Shown: positions 30,901 through 41,347 of the stretch, piece after piece
Layout: each line of letters starts with the position of its first letter
Position numbering within the stretch: the stretch's first letter is position 1
NCBI GenBank assembly: GCA_016200205.1
Contig: JACQFF010000167.1
Location: 2,791-66,790, forward strand
Direction of reading: 5' to 3'
Source of the DNA: Planctomycetia bacterium
GTDB lineage: Bacteria; Planctomycetota; Planctomycetia; Pirellulales; PALSA-1355
Length of the DNA stretch: 64,000 nt
Position numbers and translations under genes: made by a program
The notes under the pieces: model-generated
Told to the model about the DNA's origin: nothing
The model's input: the letters and a program-made list of their open reading frames with translations, nothing else
Database searches by the model: none

Positions 30901-31022
30901 CTCCGCCGAATTAGGCGTGCTTTCGATCGCAGCGCCGGCTGGCGGCGCGCTCGGACTTCCGTCGGCATCGTTCTGGCGATCTGACACTTCAATTCTCTCT
31001 GGAGCACGTCCGGACCGGCTTG

Positions 31023-32708
31023 TTACTCGTCCGTCACGCAGCCTTCGGAAGCCGATTTGACGTTCTTGATGTACTTGTAGAGCGTGCCGCGGGTGAATTT
31101 GTAGGCCGGCGCCTTCCACTTCTCGCGTCGCGCGGCCAATTCACTATCGCTAATCTCGACCGCGATCGAGTTATTGGCCGCGTCGAGCGTGATCCGGTCG
31201 CCGTTTTTCACCAGCGCGATCGCGCCCCCTTCCTGAGCCTCGGGCGTGACGTGGCCGACGATGAAACCGTGCGAGCCGCCCGAGAAGCGGCCGTCGGTAA
31301 TCAGCGCCACGTCTTTGCCCAGGCCGGCTCCCATGATGGCCGAAGTCGGCGTGAGCATTTCGGGCATGCCGGGGCCGCCCTTGGGCCCTTCGTAGCGAAT
31401 GATCACCACGTCCCCTTTGACGATTTCCTTGCGTTCCAAGGCGTGCAACATATCCTCTTCCGAATCATAAACTTTCGCCGGGCCGGAAAAGCGGTTGCCC
31501 TCTTTGCCCGTGATCTTGGCGACGGCCCCCTGGGGCGCCAAATTGCCGCGCAAGATTTGAATGTGTCCCGTCGGCTTGATCGGGTTTTCGAGCGTGTGGA
31601 ACACGTCCTGGCCAGCCTTTAAGCCCGGCAGATCGCGCAGATTCTCGGCCAACGTTTTTCCGGTCACGGTCAGGCACTCGCCGTCGAGCATCCCTTTTTC
31701 CAGCAGGTATTTCATCACCGCCGGGGTGCCCCCGACGTTGTGCAAATCTTCTTGCACGTACTTGCCGCTTGGTTTTAGATCGGCCAGGAAGGGCACCCGA
31801 TCGCTGACTTTCTGGAAGTCGTCGATCGACAGCGGCACATTCACCGCTCGGGCCATGGCGATCAAGTGCAGCACCGCGTTGGTCGAGCCGCCCAAGGCCA
31901 TCACGACCACCATCGCGTTGTCGAAGGCGGCGCGGGTCATCACGTCGCGCGGCTTGATATCGTTTTCGAGGCAGACGCGAATGGCGGCGCCGGCTCGAAA
32001 ACATTCGTCGAGCTTGGCGGGATCCACGGCCGGAATCGACGAGCTGTAGGGCAAGGTCATGCCCAGCGCCTCGATGGCCGAAGCCATGGTGTTGGCCGTA
32101 TACATCCCCCCGCAGGCCCCCGCTCCCGGGCAGCTTTTGGCCACGACTTCCTGCCGTCCCTTTTCGTCCAACGTGCCGGCCAGGTATTCGCCGTAGCATT
32201 GAAAGGCCAAAACCACGTCGAGCTTTTCTTCCACGCCATTGTGCGTGCGATGCCCGGGCTTTATCGTGCCGCCATAGACCATCAGCGAAGGCCGATTCAG
32301 CCGGCCCATGGCAATCAGGCACCCCGGCATGTTCTTGTCGCAGCCGGGAAGTGAAATGTTCGCGTCATACCACTGACCGCCCATCACGGTTTCGATTGAG
32401 TCGGCAATCAGATCGCGCGATTGCAGCGAATAGCACATGCCTTCGGTGCCCATTGAAATGCCGTCGCTGACGCCGATGGTGTTGAACCGCATTCCGACCA
32501 GTCCGGCCGCCTTGACTCCTTCCTTGACCTTGGCAGCCAGATCGTTGAGGTGCATGTTGCAGGTGTTGCCTTCATACCACATGCTGGCGATGCCGACCTG
32601 CGGCTTGTGCATGTCTTCTTGCCTCAGGCCCGTGCCATAGAGCATAGCCTGGCTGGCGCCTTGCGACTTGGGCTGGGTGACGTGCGCGCTGTATTTGTTC
32701 AAAGCCAT
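31023..32708 (-). CDS. ilvD: dihydroxy-acid dehydratase
   Basis: From ATG 32708: [34 protein letters not shown] and [11 protein letters not shown]. Canonical IlvD. Confidence 0.95.
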   Translation of the reverse strand: MALNKYSAHVTQPKSQGASQAMLYGTGLRQEDMHKPQVGIASMWYEGNTCNMHLNDLAAKVKEGVKAAGLVGMRFNTIGVSDGISMGTEGMCYSLQSRDLIADSIETVMGGQWYDANISLPGCDKNMPGCLIAMGRLNRPSLMVYGGTIKPGHRTHNGVEEKLDVVLAFQCYGEYLAGTLDEKGRQEVVAKSCPGAGACGGMYTANTMASAIEALGMTLPYSSSIPAVDPAKLDECFRAGAAIRVCLENDIKPRDVMTRAAFDNAMVVVMALGGSTNAVLHLIAMARAVNVPLSIDDFQKVSDRVPFLADLKPSGKYVQEDLHNVGGTPAVMKYLLEKGMLDGECLTVTGKTLAENLRDLPGLKAGQDVFHTLENPIKPTGHIQILRGNLAPQGAVAKITGKEGNRFSGPAKVYDSEEDMLHALERKEIVKGDVVIIRYEGPKGGPGMPEMLTPTSAIMGAGLGKDVALITDGRFSGGSHGFIVGHVTPEAQEGGAIALVKNGDRITLDAANNSIAVEISDSELAARREKWKAPAYKFTRGTLYKYIKNVKSASEGCVTDE

Positions 32709-32912
32709 GGTTGAAAGACTCTCTCTCGACGAATTGAAACGGCAAACTGCCAGATATAGCCCAAACCAGCGCGGTTTGCAAATTGGGGGCGCTAGCAAGT
32801 CAAGCCAATCGGTGGCACGCAAGCCGCGGCGCGCCTGACCACTACAATTCTTGCTGGCAATGTAGTAGTCTACGGGTCAACGATGGAGAACCAAAACGGA
32901 GCCAAATAACCC

Positions 32913-33815
32913 ATGTCGGCAAATTACGTCCCACATCCGATTCCTTACCAGGGCAGCAAACGCAATCTGGCGGCGACGATTCTGAAATACGCTCCCAGCC
33001 ATGTGCCGCGCATGATTGAGCCATTTGCCGGGTCGGCGGCCATTTCTTTGGCGGCGGCCCAGAGGAAATTGGCTAGTCGCTTTTGGATCAACGACGCTCA
33101 TCAGCCGCTGGTGGCACTGTGGTCAAAAATCATCAATCGTCCGGATTCGATCGCCGCCGAATACCGGAAGTTGTGGGAACAGCAACTCGGGCGAGAAAGA
33201 GAATATTTCGACGAGGTGCGCGATTCCTTCAACAAGTCGCAATCCCCTGAACACTTCCTGTACCTGCTGGCGCGCTGCGTCAAGGCTGCAATTCGCTACA
33301 ACGCCCTCGGCCAATTCAATAACACGCCCGACAATCGACGCAAGGGCGCACGCCCCGAAGAAATGCACCTGCGAATACTTGGCGCATCCTCCCTACTGAA
33401 AGGACGCACTCGGGTGACTGCTCTCGATTATCAAGCCGTGCTGAATCAATGTACGCCCGACGATCTCATTTACATGGATCCGCCGTATCAGGGAGTCTGT
33501 CAAGTCCGCGATCAAAGGTATGCCCCAAAAATCGCGCATGACGAGTTCATCGACCACTTGGCGGACTTGAATCGACGACAATGTCTCTACATCGTGAGCT
33601 ATGATGGGCGAACTGGCGACAAGCAGTTCGGCAAGCCGCTACCAAAAGTTCTGCGCTTGGTACATTTGGAAATCTGTGCTGGCCGCTCTACCCAAGCGAC
33701 CTTGTTGGGGCGGACTGACGTCACTTACGAGTCCATCTATCTGTCGCCCGCTCTTGCCTCAGCCATTTCGCACGATAACAATAGCAAGCCAAAGCACCGC
33801 GTAGCCTTCGCATAA
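32913..33815 (+). CDS. Dam-family (D12 class) N6-adenine DNA methyltransferase
   Basis: YQGSKRNL near the N-terminus, the AdoMet motif EPFAGSAAISL, and the catalytic DPPY at 33477-33488. No adjacent endonuclease gene. Confidence 0.85.
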   Translation: MSANYVPHPIPYQGSKRNLAATILKYAPSHVPRMIEPFAGSAAISLAAAQRKLASRFWINDAHQPLVALWSKIINRPDSIAAEYRKLWEQQLGREREYFDEVRDSFNKSQSPEHFLYLLARCVKAAIRYNALGQFNNTPDNRRKGARPEEMHLRILGASSLLKGRTRVTALDYQAVLNQCTPDDLIYMDPPYQGVCQVRDQRYAPKIAHDEFIDHLADLNRRQCLYIVSYDGRTGDKQFGKPLPKVLRLVHLEICAGRSTQATLLGRTDVTYESIYLSPALASAISHDNNSKPKHRVAFA

Positions 33816-33882
33816 TTGCCGGCGATGCCAAAGCCATCCGAAAGCCGCCTAGACCGCAATCCCACCCCGTCGAGTATTTCAC

Positions 33883-35139
33883 ATGACTCCACGCCTGCCG
33901 GCCGCGATCCTCTTACTCGTCTTCGCCCCCTTTTTTGTTCAAGCCGAGGATTGGCCGCAGTTTCGCGGGCCGGATGGCCAGGGGCATTCGTTGTCGAAGA
34001 ACGTGCCGCTCTCGTGGAGCGAGACGGAAAACATCGCTTGGAAAGTCCCCCTGCCGGGCTTGGGATGGTCGTCACCCTCAATCCAGGGCCGGCAGATCTG
34101 GCTCACGGCCGCCGTCGACGAGGGGCACTCGCTGCGCGCCATCGCCCTGGATCGCCAGAGCGGCAAAATCTTGCACGACGTCGAAGTGTTTCAAAAAGCC
34201 GAGCCGGGCTCGGTTCACCCGAACAACAGCCACGCCTCGCCCACGCCCGTCGTCGAGGGCAACCGCGTTTACGTCCACTTCGGGGCGCACGGCACCGCTT
34301 GCCTGTCGACCGACGGCCAGGTGATTTGGAAGACGAACGAGTTGAAATACAACCACGGGCACGGCCCCGGCGGGTCGCCGGTCGTGTGGCACGATTTGCT
34401 GATCGTCAACTGCGACGGCACCGATGTGCAGTACGTCGTCGCGCTCGATAAAAAGACGGGCCAAATCCGCTGGAAGCGCGATCGCCAGCACACGAGCGAA
34501 GCCCGGCGCACCGGCAAGCTCGAAGTGCCGATGGCCTACTGCACGCCGCTTCTGCTCGACATCGACGGCCACACGCAACTCGTCACTCTCGGCAGCGATG
34601 CCGTGGTGGCCCACGATCCGCGCACGGGCGAGGAACTGTGGTGGTTCACCTTCAGCGGCTACTCGAATGTTTCGATGCCCGCGTATGCTGGCGGCAAGTT
34701 ATTCTTTTCGTCCGGTTTTGGCCCGGCCGCCTTGTATGCGATCAAAGCCGGCGGCCAGGGCGATATCACGGAAACGAACAAGCTGTGGAGCTTGACCAAA
34801 AGCGCGGTCGTGCCGCTGGATGTCTCGCCGCTGGTGGTCGGCGACGAAGTGTACATCATCAGCGATTCAGGCATTGCAGGCTGCTATGACACCGCCAGCG
34901 GCAAGCAGCATTGGCAGCAGCGCTTGTCGAGCAAGTTTTGGGCCTCGCCCGTGGACGCCGACGGGCGGATTTATTGCCTAGATGATTCGGGGACCACGTT
35001 GGTGCTCTCCGCCGGGCCGAAATTCGAACTTCTGGCCACCAACAAGCTTGAAGGCCGCACCCAAGCCTCGTCCGCGATCGTCGACGGCGCCATCTTCCTG
35101 CGCACCGACACGCACCTTTATCGCATCGAAAAACGGTGA
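33883..35139 (+). CDS. PQQ-like beta-propeller repeat protein (secreted)
   Basis: Signal peptide, then EDWPQFRGPDGQG and repeated W..-containing blades typical of the PQQ_2/BamB-like repeat. Confidence 0.8.
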   Translation: MTPRLPAAILLLVFAPFFVQAEDWPQFRGPDGQGHSLSKNVPLSWSETENIAWKVPLPGLGWSSPSIQGRQIWLTAAVDEGHSLRAIALDRQSGKILHDVEVFQKAEPGSVHPNNSHASPTPVVEGNRVYVHFGAHGTACLSTDGQVIWKTNELKYNHGHGPGGSPVVWHDLLIVNCDGTDVQYVVALDKKTGQIRWKRDRQHTSEARRTGKLEVPMAYCTPLLLDIDGHTQLVTLGSDAVVAHDPRTGEELWWFTFSGYSNVSMPAYAGGKLFFSSGFGPAALYAIKAGGQGDITETNKLWSLTKSAVVPLDVSPLVVGDEVYIISDSGIAGCYDTASGKQHWQQRLSSKFWASPVDADGRIYCLDDSGTTLVLSAGPKFELLATNKLEGRTQASSAIVDGAIFLRTDTHLYRIEKR

Positions 35140-35206
35140 TCGCAAAAGAAGGGACGCACCTCGTTTCCGGCAAATCGAGGCGCCCCCGTTTTGTGGGTCG
35201 CTCGCT

Positions 35207-35593
35207 TCAGCGAAACTCGGTCAGCGAGAGCGCGTTGCCGTCCGGATCTTTGAACCACGCTACTCGAGATCCGTCGGGCGGGGTCCAGATACCCTGCGTG
35301 TTCTGCGCCATTCCATCGTAGCGCTCGAACCGAACACCCCGCGCGGTCAATTGCTCTATTGTCACACGGATGTCATCGACCTGCCAGCCAAGAACCGTGT
35401 AGTTTACTGGCGACAAATCCTGAACTTTCTGGACGCGAAGCATCGTTCCATTTGAATCGAAGACAATCGCGAACGGACTGTGGTCGACAAGCGGCAACCC
35501 CAATGTGTCTCGATAAAACTCCAGTGCCTTCGTTGGATTCGCCGTTGCGGCAAAGCAGACGAGTTTCGATGCGTTCAGCATGGCTATCTCCAT
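35207..35593 (-). CDS. VOC (glyoxalase/bleomycin-resistance) family protein
   Basis: 128 aa with FYRDTLGL and a DPDGNALSL ending, typical of the VOC fold. Confidence 0.75.
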   Translation of the reverse strand: MEIAMLNASKLVCFAATANPTKALEFYRDTLGLPLVDHSPFAIVFDSNGTMLRVQKVQDLSPVNYTVLGWQVDDIRVTIEQLTARGVRFERYDGMAQNTQGIWTPPDGSRVAWFKDPDGNALSLTEFR

Positions 35594-35741
35594 ACTCGGC
35601 TCGGAGAAAGGGATAGTCCCATTTAGCTCCGAGGCCTCCGCAAAATTGGGGCTGTCCCCGCCGTTTCGAAACTGCTTCTAGCAACCAACAACTGCCAGCC
35701 GGCGCCGCTCCAACCATTCGATTGACCGGTTCCCGTGCTCG

Positions 35742-36173
35742 TTATCGATCAGGCAACTCGTAATCGTGGCGCTCCGCAGGATCCGCGGAGAGGTACTGTA
35801 CGAACTCCCAATCGTTGCCTTCCGGATCGTAGAAATATACACGTTTCCGATACGGGTGCGAGTTCGGGACCGTGGAGTCTTCATACCCGGCTGACTGGAG
35901 TCGGCCGCGCAGCGCTTCGACGTCGTCGACCTCACAGCCGAGGTGGTTCACGCCGGGCATGCCCCTGTACGGCGTCCAGCGTGTTTCAGGTTCGGCCTTC
36001 GCCTGATTCAAGGCGATATAGGTTTCATAGGTGCCCACATGCACCCATCGGGTGCCGTCGTGACCGCTGCCTTCGCCACGCACTTGAAACTCAGGAAACG
36101 CCGTTTGCAGGAAACGGATCATCGCCTCGATGTCACGCACGCAGAGGTTAGCATGTTCAAGCCGGACAGACAC
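35742..36173 (-). CDS. VOC (glyoxalase) family protein
   Basis: 143 aa with LEHANLCVRDIEAMIRF, NHLGCEVDD and FYDPEGNDWEF. Confidence 0.75.
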   Translation of the reverse strand: MSVRLEHANLCVRDIEAMIRFLQTAFPEFQVRGEGSGHDGTRWVHVGTYETYIALNQAKAEPETRWTPYRGMPGVNHLGCEVDDVEALRGRLQSAGYEDSTVPNSHPYRKRVYFYDPEGNDWEFVQYLSADPAERHDYELPDR

Positions 36174-36401
36174 TGCACGCCTCCAATCCAGCCTAACTTG
36201 GTTTTAGATAGGTTCCGCCAAACACCTGCAGACCGCCAATGTTCGGCCTAACGCGTGCGCGGGAATTCGGTACAAATCTAATGATATCAATGTTTTTGTT
36301 CGTTTACCACGTCGCTGGCTGAGTCTTACATGGTTTCCCAATACCGCTCGTTCAGCGACGCGCGAGCCCGCGGACAGATTCTGTCTTCCTTCTGCGTGAC
36401 G

Positions 36402-36575
36402 CCTACTTGGCCCCGATCTCGAAGGACCGCCATACTTCTTCCGGACTGCAGCGCAGCGAGCCGTTGGCATACTCGACGAAGGCCCACTGCGTTGCGGCCG
36501 AAGCCAGGAGAACCGCATCGCCGGCGCGAAAGATTTTGTAGCGCCGGGTTGAAGAAACTTTGTTCATGTCGGCCA
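36402..36575 (-). CDS. possible small protein (57 aa), below the ORF-track cutoff
   Basis: Manual translation: MADMNKVSSTRRYKIFRAGDAVLLASAATQWAFVEYANGSLRCSPEEVWRSFEIGAK. Balanced composition, unlike the Arg-rich overlapping frame. No clear SD. Confidence 0.3.
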
Positions 36576-37070
36576 TCTACGTGCGAACCACGATTCGATC
36601 ATTCACGAATGCCGATTGCAAAGCAACCCTGAAGCAGCGGTCCAGCGTTTCCCCGTGAACAGACAGTACGCTCGGAAAAGAAAGACCCGGGACCGCTGGC
36701 GCATTAGAAACCGCACAGGCGCGGGGCAGCGACGCTGTGCGGCTCAGGGCGCCGAAGCGCCCAAATATGGATTTTGCCCCGATTGCCGGCGCAGCTCGCA
36801 TTACGCCGAATAAAAAAATGCCCCCATAGCCATGGAGGCGACCAGCGTGCTCTGGCTGGAATGTACATCGGCCGCCTAGGGCGTATACTCCAGTAAACTC
36901 AGGTGTTTTTACCCAGCTCCCTTGGGGGGTTCGCTTCCGCACGCCGTCCCAATTCGTTTTGCGAGATATTTTGCCTGTCTTGGATGGATATCGTAGTATT
37001 TTGCCGCACCCCTGCGCGGATCAAGAACGCAGCTTGAGCCTCGCGTAGCTATCACGCTCAACGAGATGTT

Positions 37071-38276
37071 TCAGGTCCTTTTAACGGTTCGAAGCACGAC
37101 GACGGCCAACAGGGCGAGGACTGCGCTCCAAGTAAACGCCACACTTCCGCCGTACCACTGGTATAGCGCGCCGAAAATCAGACTCGACGGTAGGGCGGCG
37201 ATTCCGATCGCGAAATTGAACCAGCCGTAGGCCAACCCCTTTTGCTCGGCGCCCACCAGATTGGCTACCAACGTGCGTTCGGCCGGCTCGGTCAACGCGT
37301 AGAACAGCCCGTAGATCAGAAAGAAGGCCCAGCCCTGGATCGCATTGGTCGCTAACGAAAACGCCAGGTAAATCAGCGCATAAATGAGCCAGCCGCCGTA
37401 GATCAGCAGCCGCGGGCCAAAACGGTCGACCGCTTGCCCGGCCAACACGCTGCCGGAGCTTTTTACGATATGAAAAGCGCACCACAAGAGCGGGAGCTGC
37501 GTGGCGGGAACTCCCAATTCACCCACGCGCACCAGCAGAAAGGCATCGCTGGAATTGCCCAGCGTGAAAATGACCAAGGCGACCAAATAGACACGGAAAT
37601 TGCGATCGAAGGGCCGGAGAGTCAGTTGGAAATCCTTGTCGGCGCGGGTGACAATCGGCCGCTCGCTCAACCCGAACAGCACCAGCAGCACAACGAACAT
37701 GCCGGGGACGGCCGCCAGCAAGAACAGCGGCCGCAGATGGTCGGGCCAGACCCACAGAAACGTGAAGGCCAATAGCGGACCAATCGCCGCGCCCAAGTGG
37801 TCCATGGCCCGAGTAAACCCAAAGGCCCGGCCGCGAATGCTGGGATCGGTGGAGTCGGCGACCAGCGCATCACGCGGTGCGGAACGGATTCCCTTTCCGA
37901 AGCGATCGCTGCTGCGAACGAGCAGCACCTGCCAGGGCATCGTGGCCAAAGCAATGAGCGGCCGAGAAACGGCTGCCAGGGCATAACCGGCGGTCACAAA
38001 CACTTTTCGCTTGCCCGCTCGATCCGAGAGTCCGCCCGCCCAAAGCTTGACGATGCTGGCGGTGGTGTCGGCGACGCCCTCGACCGCCCCCAGTTGGCTG
38101 GTGGTGCCGCCCAACACGGTGATGAGAAAGGTTGGAAGCAGCGGATAAATCATCTCGCTGGCGATGTCGTTGAGCAGACTCGCCAGCCCCAACAGCCGCA
38201 CATTCCAGGGCAGCGCGCCGGTCGCAGCTCCGGACGTGGCCTCGGCAACCGATGGTGCAGGACGTTCGTTTTGCAT
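37071..38276 (-). CDS. MFS transporter
   Basis: About 12 TM helices and the loop motif GGLSDRAGKRK between TM2 and TM3. Start taken at ATG 38276 (MQNERP..). Confidence 0.8.
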   Translation of the reverse strand: MQNERPAPSVAEATSGAATGALPWNVRLLGLASLLNDIASEMIYPLLPTFLITVLGGTTSQLGAVEGVADTTASIVKLWAGGLSDRAGKRKVFVTAGYALAAVSRPLIALATMPWQVLLVRSSDRFGKGIRSAPRDALVADSTDPSIRGRAFGFTRAMDHLGAAIGPLLAFTFLWVWPDHLRPLFLLAAVPGMFVVLLVLFGLSERPIVTRADKDFQLTLRPFDRNFRVYLVALVIFTLGNSSDAFLLVRVGELGVPATQLPLLWCAFHIVKSSGSVLAGQAVDRFGPRLLIYGGWLIYALIYLAFSLATNAIQGWAFFLIYGLFYALTEPAERTLVANLVGAEQKGLAYGWFNFAIGIAALPSSLIFGALYQWYGGSVAFTWSAVLALLAVVVLRTVKRT

Positions 38277-38342
38277 GTCCCAGTTTTCGCCTGCCGACCA
38301 ACCAACAAACGGGCCGCGTGGCTCCACCCCGCTCAAGAAAAC

Positions 38343-38786
38343 CTAGGGCTTCTGACGCTGCCAAACCTCCAAGGCGCAACCACTGCCGGCTTTGCCCGTG
38401 AACTCGTGCGGGCGATTTTTATTATCGAGCTCCATGCACTGCGTCATCGTATCACCATCGATTTTGTAGATCACAAGATACACCTTCCCTTTTTCCTCGC
38501 CTCCGCCGATCACGATGTTCAGTTCTTTGGGGTTCTTGGTGGGATCGATCTTGTAGAGGCCCGCATTGCCGCCGTCGCCATTTTTGAAGACGAAATTCTC
38601 GCCGTTGACGGTCAGCTTGATTTTTTGGCGGGCCTCCGACGCCATGAATTTACCGTCCATTTCCATCGACACCACGGACCAAGTGCCTTGGAATTTTTCG
38701 AGGTCCTTTTTGACTGCGGCTTCCTTCGCATTGTCCGCGCCCAGCAAGAAAGCCAACGACAAGACAAGGGCAGCATGAAACTTCAT
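38343..38786 (-). CDS. TIGR03067-type secreted protein
   Basis: From MKFHAALVLSLAFLLG (signal peptide): DLEKFQGTWSVVSMEMDG.., KIDPTKNPKELN, GDTMTQC and RPHEFTGKAGSG. This is the characteristic TIGR03067 pattern. Confidence 0.75.
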   Translation of the reverse strand: MKFHAALVLSLAFLLGADNAKEAAVKKDLEKFQGTWSVVSMEMDGKFMASEARQKIKLTVNGENFVFKNGDGGNAGLYKIDPTKNPKELNIVIGGGEEKGKVYLVIYKIDGDTMTQCMELDNKNRPHEFTGKAGSGCALEVWQRQKP

Positions 38787-39042
38787 AGCGGTTCGTCTCC
38801 AAATGTGGGCGTCAGGAAATCGTCGCGCAGTATAAGCGCGCGCGTGGTGGAGTGCAAAACGGCCAACAGGCTCGGTTATCAAACGCGCATTTCAGAGGTA
38901 TGATGGACTAAGAGCCTATCCGCTCCGGAGAAGGGGACACAGTCCCCGACGGTTCTTGGATAGGCACTAAGTGCCCGGCACCAACCCCTGCCAGAAAACC
39001 CGCGGAACGGGAGCATTTTTCGAGGCATCTGGTGAGCAGATC

Positions 39043-40695
39043 ATGGTCATGGTTTACCTGTTCGATCTCCCCGCACGCGCGACGCCGCTCGCCGGCGGGT
39101 TGCATTCTCGGCGTGCGCGTCGGCGATGGCTGATTCCCGCCGTGCTTGTCGCGACAAGCTGTGTCTCATCTGCTGGCTCGACGAACGCGGCCGACGAAGC
39201 GGCTCAACAGCCGCCGGCCGCCGCGCCGATCGATTTTGTGACCGACATTCAGCCGATCTTTGTCGCGCACTGCTCCAAGTGTCACGGGGGGGAACATCGC
39301 CGCGGCGGGTTGAAACTCGATACGCTGGCTGACGCCGAATCAGGCGGTGACTCGGGCAAGCCCATCATCGGCGGAACCCTCGATACCAACGAACTCTACC
39401 AGCGCGTCTCGTCTGTCGATCGCACCTACCGCATGCCGAAAAACGCGGAAGCTCTTTCGGACCAGCAAATCGAGCGCATTCGACGTTGGGTCGAGCAGCA
39501 GACGCCGTGGTCCCAGACAAACCCCGCCGTCAAAAGACGATCGAAATTCGACCAATGGTTCGACGCTTGGGACGGGTTTTCCCATCGCTACCAAAGCGAA
39601 CTTGGATATGCCATGCCCTACGGCCTGGCGTTCGTGCTGGCGCAATTCGCGCTTCTCCTGGTCGTCCGTTGCGCAGCGGCCTACCAGAAGGGTCGCCCCT
39701 GGGCGACCGGCAAAGCTCGCCGCATTTGCGCGCGGTGCAATCAAATCAAGCCGCGCGAATTGTGCCTGGTTTGGCTGGCGATGGGGGCGTCGCTCGCGCT
39801 GGTGGTGATGCGCGGACACCAGCTAAAGCTCGATCGCGAGCTGGCGCGAATGCGCGTCCAGAAAATGACCATCGATGATCCATGGTCCCGCACAATTTTC
39901 GGGTCGCCGCCGATCCCCGTTCGGCTCGACGAGCCCAAACAAATCAGCGGCACGTACTACCGGGGCAACTGCGAGCGCAACGCGCATTTGTTCAACAATG
40001 GGAATTACCTGACCGCCATCTTTCGGATCAGCCTGTGCGATGCCCAACACCAGCCGCTGCAACTGGGCGCCCGCGAGCCCAAGGACGGAGTTTATGTTCG
40101 TATGGAACTAGAACGCGCCCCGGGCACCGCGGTCGGGTTCTTCTCGAAAGAAATGATCGCCGCGGTATTTCTCAGCAAGGAGTTCTACCACAATCGGTCG
40201 CAACCCCTGCGGGATGCTCCGGCTCGGCTGGAGACCTTGGAAGAAGCAAAACGCTGGGTGAGTTACTATCCCGTCGGCCCGCCCGAGGATCCGAAAAAAC
40301 CGCTGGGAGGAGTGATCTACGTCTACACCGGACGGATTGAAAAGGGCACCGTGCGGGGCGATCCGCAGTATGGAATCGTTTATGATCTTCACTTCCGCGA
40401 AGGCAAACTGACCGATGACTCAGATCTGTGGATGAACTCGTTCGGCAACGCGGCCATAGCACTGCCTCCGCAATTCGATAAGATTCCGTTTGCGGAATGG
40501 TTTGACTATCGCCCAATCCCGCCGATTACCGGCCCGAATTCGACCGATCCAAAGATCCTGGGCCTGGAAGAGTACGTCAAGAAGGGCCTCATCCCGCCGC
40601 AGCCGCAGGGGGCGCCGCCGTCAGACGCAAAGCCGGCCAGCGATCGGCCGCCCGCTAGCGAGGAGAGTGATTCTCCAGTAGAGCCTCGTCTGTAG
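39043..40695 (+). CDS. PSCyt1 (planctomycete cytochrome c) domain membrane protein
   Basis: DIQPIFVAHCSKCHGGEHRRGGLKLDT with the CxxCH haem site, and YRMPKN. Two internal TM helices, then an unassigned ~300-aa domain. Start uncertain. Confidence 0.7.
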   Translation: MVMVYLFDLPARATPLAGGLHSRRARRRWLIPAVLVATSCVSSAGSTNAADEAAQQPPAAAPIDFVTDIQPIFVAHCSKCHGGEHRRGGLKLDTLADAESGGDSGKPIIGGTLDTNELYQRVSSVDRTYRMPKNAEALSDQQIERIRRWVEQQTPWSQTNPAVKRRSKFDQWFDAWDGFSHRYQSELGYAMPYGLAFVLAQFALLLVVRCAAAYQKGRPWATGKARRICARCNQIKPRELCLVWLAMGASLALVVMRGHQLKLDRELARMRVQKMTIDDPWSRTIFGSPPIPVRLDEPKQISGTYYRGNCERNAHLFNNGNYLTAIFRISLCDAQHQPLQLGAREPKDGVYVRMELERAPGTAVGFFSKEMIAAVFLSKEFYHNRSQPLRDAPARLETLEEAKRWVSYYPVGPPEDPKKPLGGVIYVYTGRIEKGTVRGDPQYGIVYDLHFREGKLTDDSDLWMNSFGNAAIALPPQFDKIPFAEWFDYRPIPPITGPNSTDPKILGLEEYVKKGLIPPQPQGAPPSDAKPASDRPPASEESDSPVEPRL

Positions 40696-41347
40696 GACCG
40701 CTCTGGGTAACGTGACCCTGATCGAGCACGATGACGCGGTCGGCTAGCCTGCGCACCTCGGCCGCGCTGTGGCTGACGTAAATGGTCGGTAGGTGCCATT
40801 CGGCCACGACGCGTTCCAAATATGTGATAATCCGGTCCTTGAGCCCTTGATCCAGCGCCGCCAAGGGCTCGTCCATCAACAACAACTCGGGCCCGCTCAA
40901 CAGTGAGCGGCCCAACGCCACGCGCTGCTTCTCGCCACCGGATAGATTGCGCGGATAGCGCGCCAACAGGTCGCCCAATTCCAAAACTTCAATCACCCGG
41001 CTCGGCTCGATCGCCACGGAGCGGCCGTGGCGGCGCCGTCGTCCATACATCAAATTGCGCTGGACGCTCAAATGCGGAAAGAGCAAGTGATCTTGAAACA
41101 CGAAACCGACGTGCCGCTGTTCGGCTTTGAGATGGAAGTCTTTGTTCGAATCGAGCCAGACTTGTTCGCCCAGCCGAATTACACCCCACTGCGGCCGCAA
41201 TAGACCGGCGATCATGTACAACACGCTGGTTTTGCCGCTGCCCGAAGGACCGAACAAGGCCGTGACTTGCGCGGAGGTTTCCAGCGCGGCCTCGAGCGCG
41301 AATCCGCCTGGGAAGCGGTGGCGGCAGTGAAAGCTAAGCCGATTCAC
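40655..41347 (-). CDS. modC: molybdate ABC transporter ATP-binding protein (short form, no TOBE domain)
   Basis: GPSGSGKTS, LSGGEKQRVALGR and LLLMDEPL. GTG start at 41347 overlaps the modB stop by 14 nt. Ends ~230 aa without a C-terminal TOBE region. The 3' end overlaps the convergent gene by 41 nt. Confidence 0.85.
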   Translation of the reverse strand: MNRLSFHCRHRFPGGFALEAALETSAQVTALFGPSGSGKTSVLYMIAGLLRPQWGVIRLGEQVWLDSNKDFHLKAEQRHVGFVFQDHLLFPHLSVQRNLMYGRRRRHGRSVAIEPSRVIEVLELGDLLARYPRNLSGGEKQRVALGRSLLSGPELLLMDEPLAALDQGLKDRIITYLERVVAEWHLPTIYVSHSAAEVRRLADRVIVLDQGHVTQSGPTDEALLENHSPR

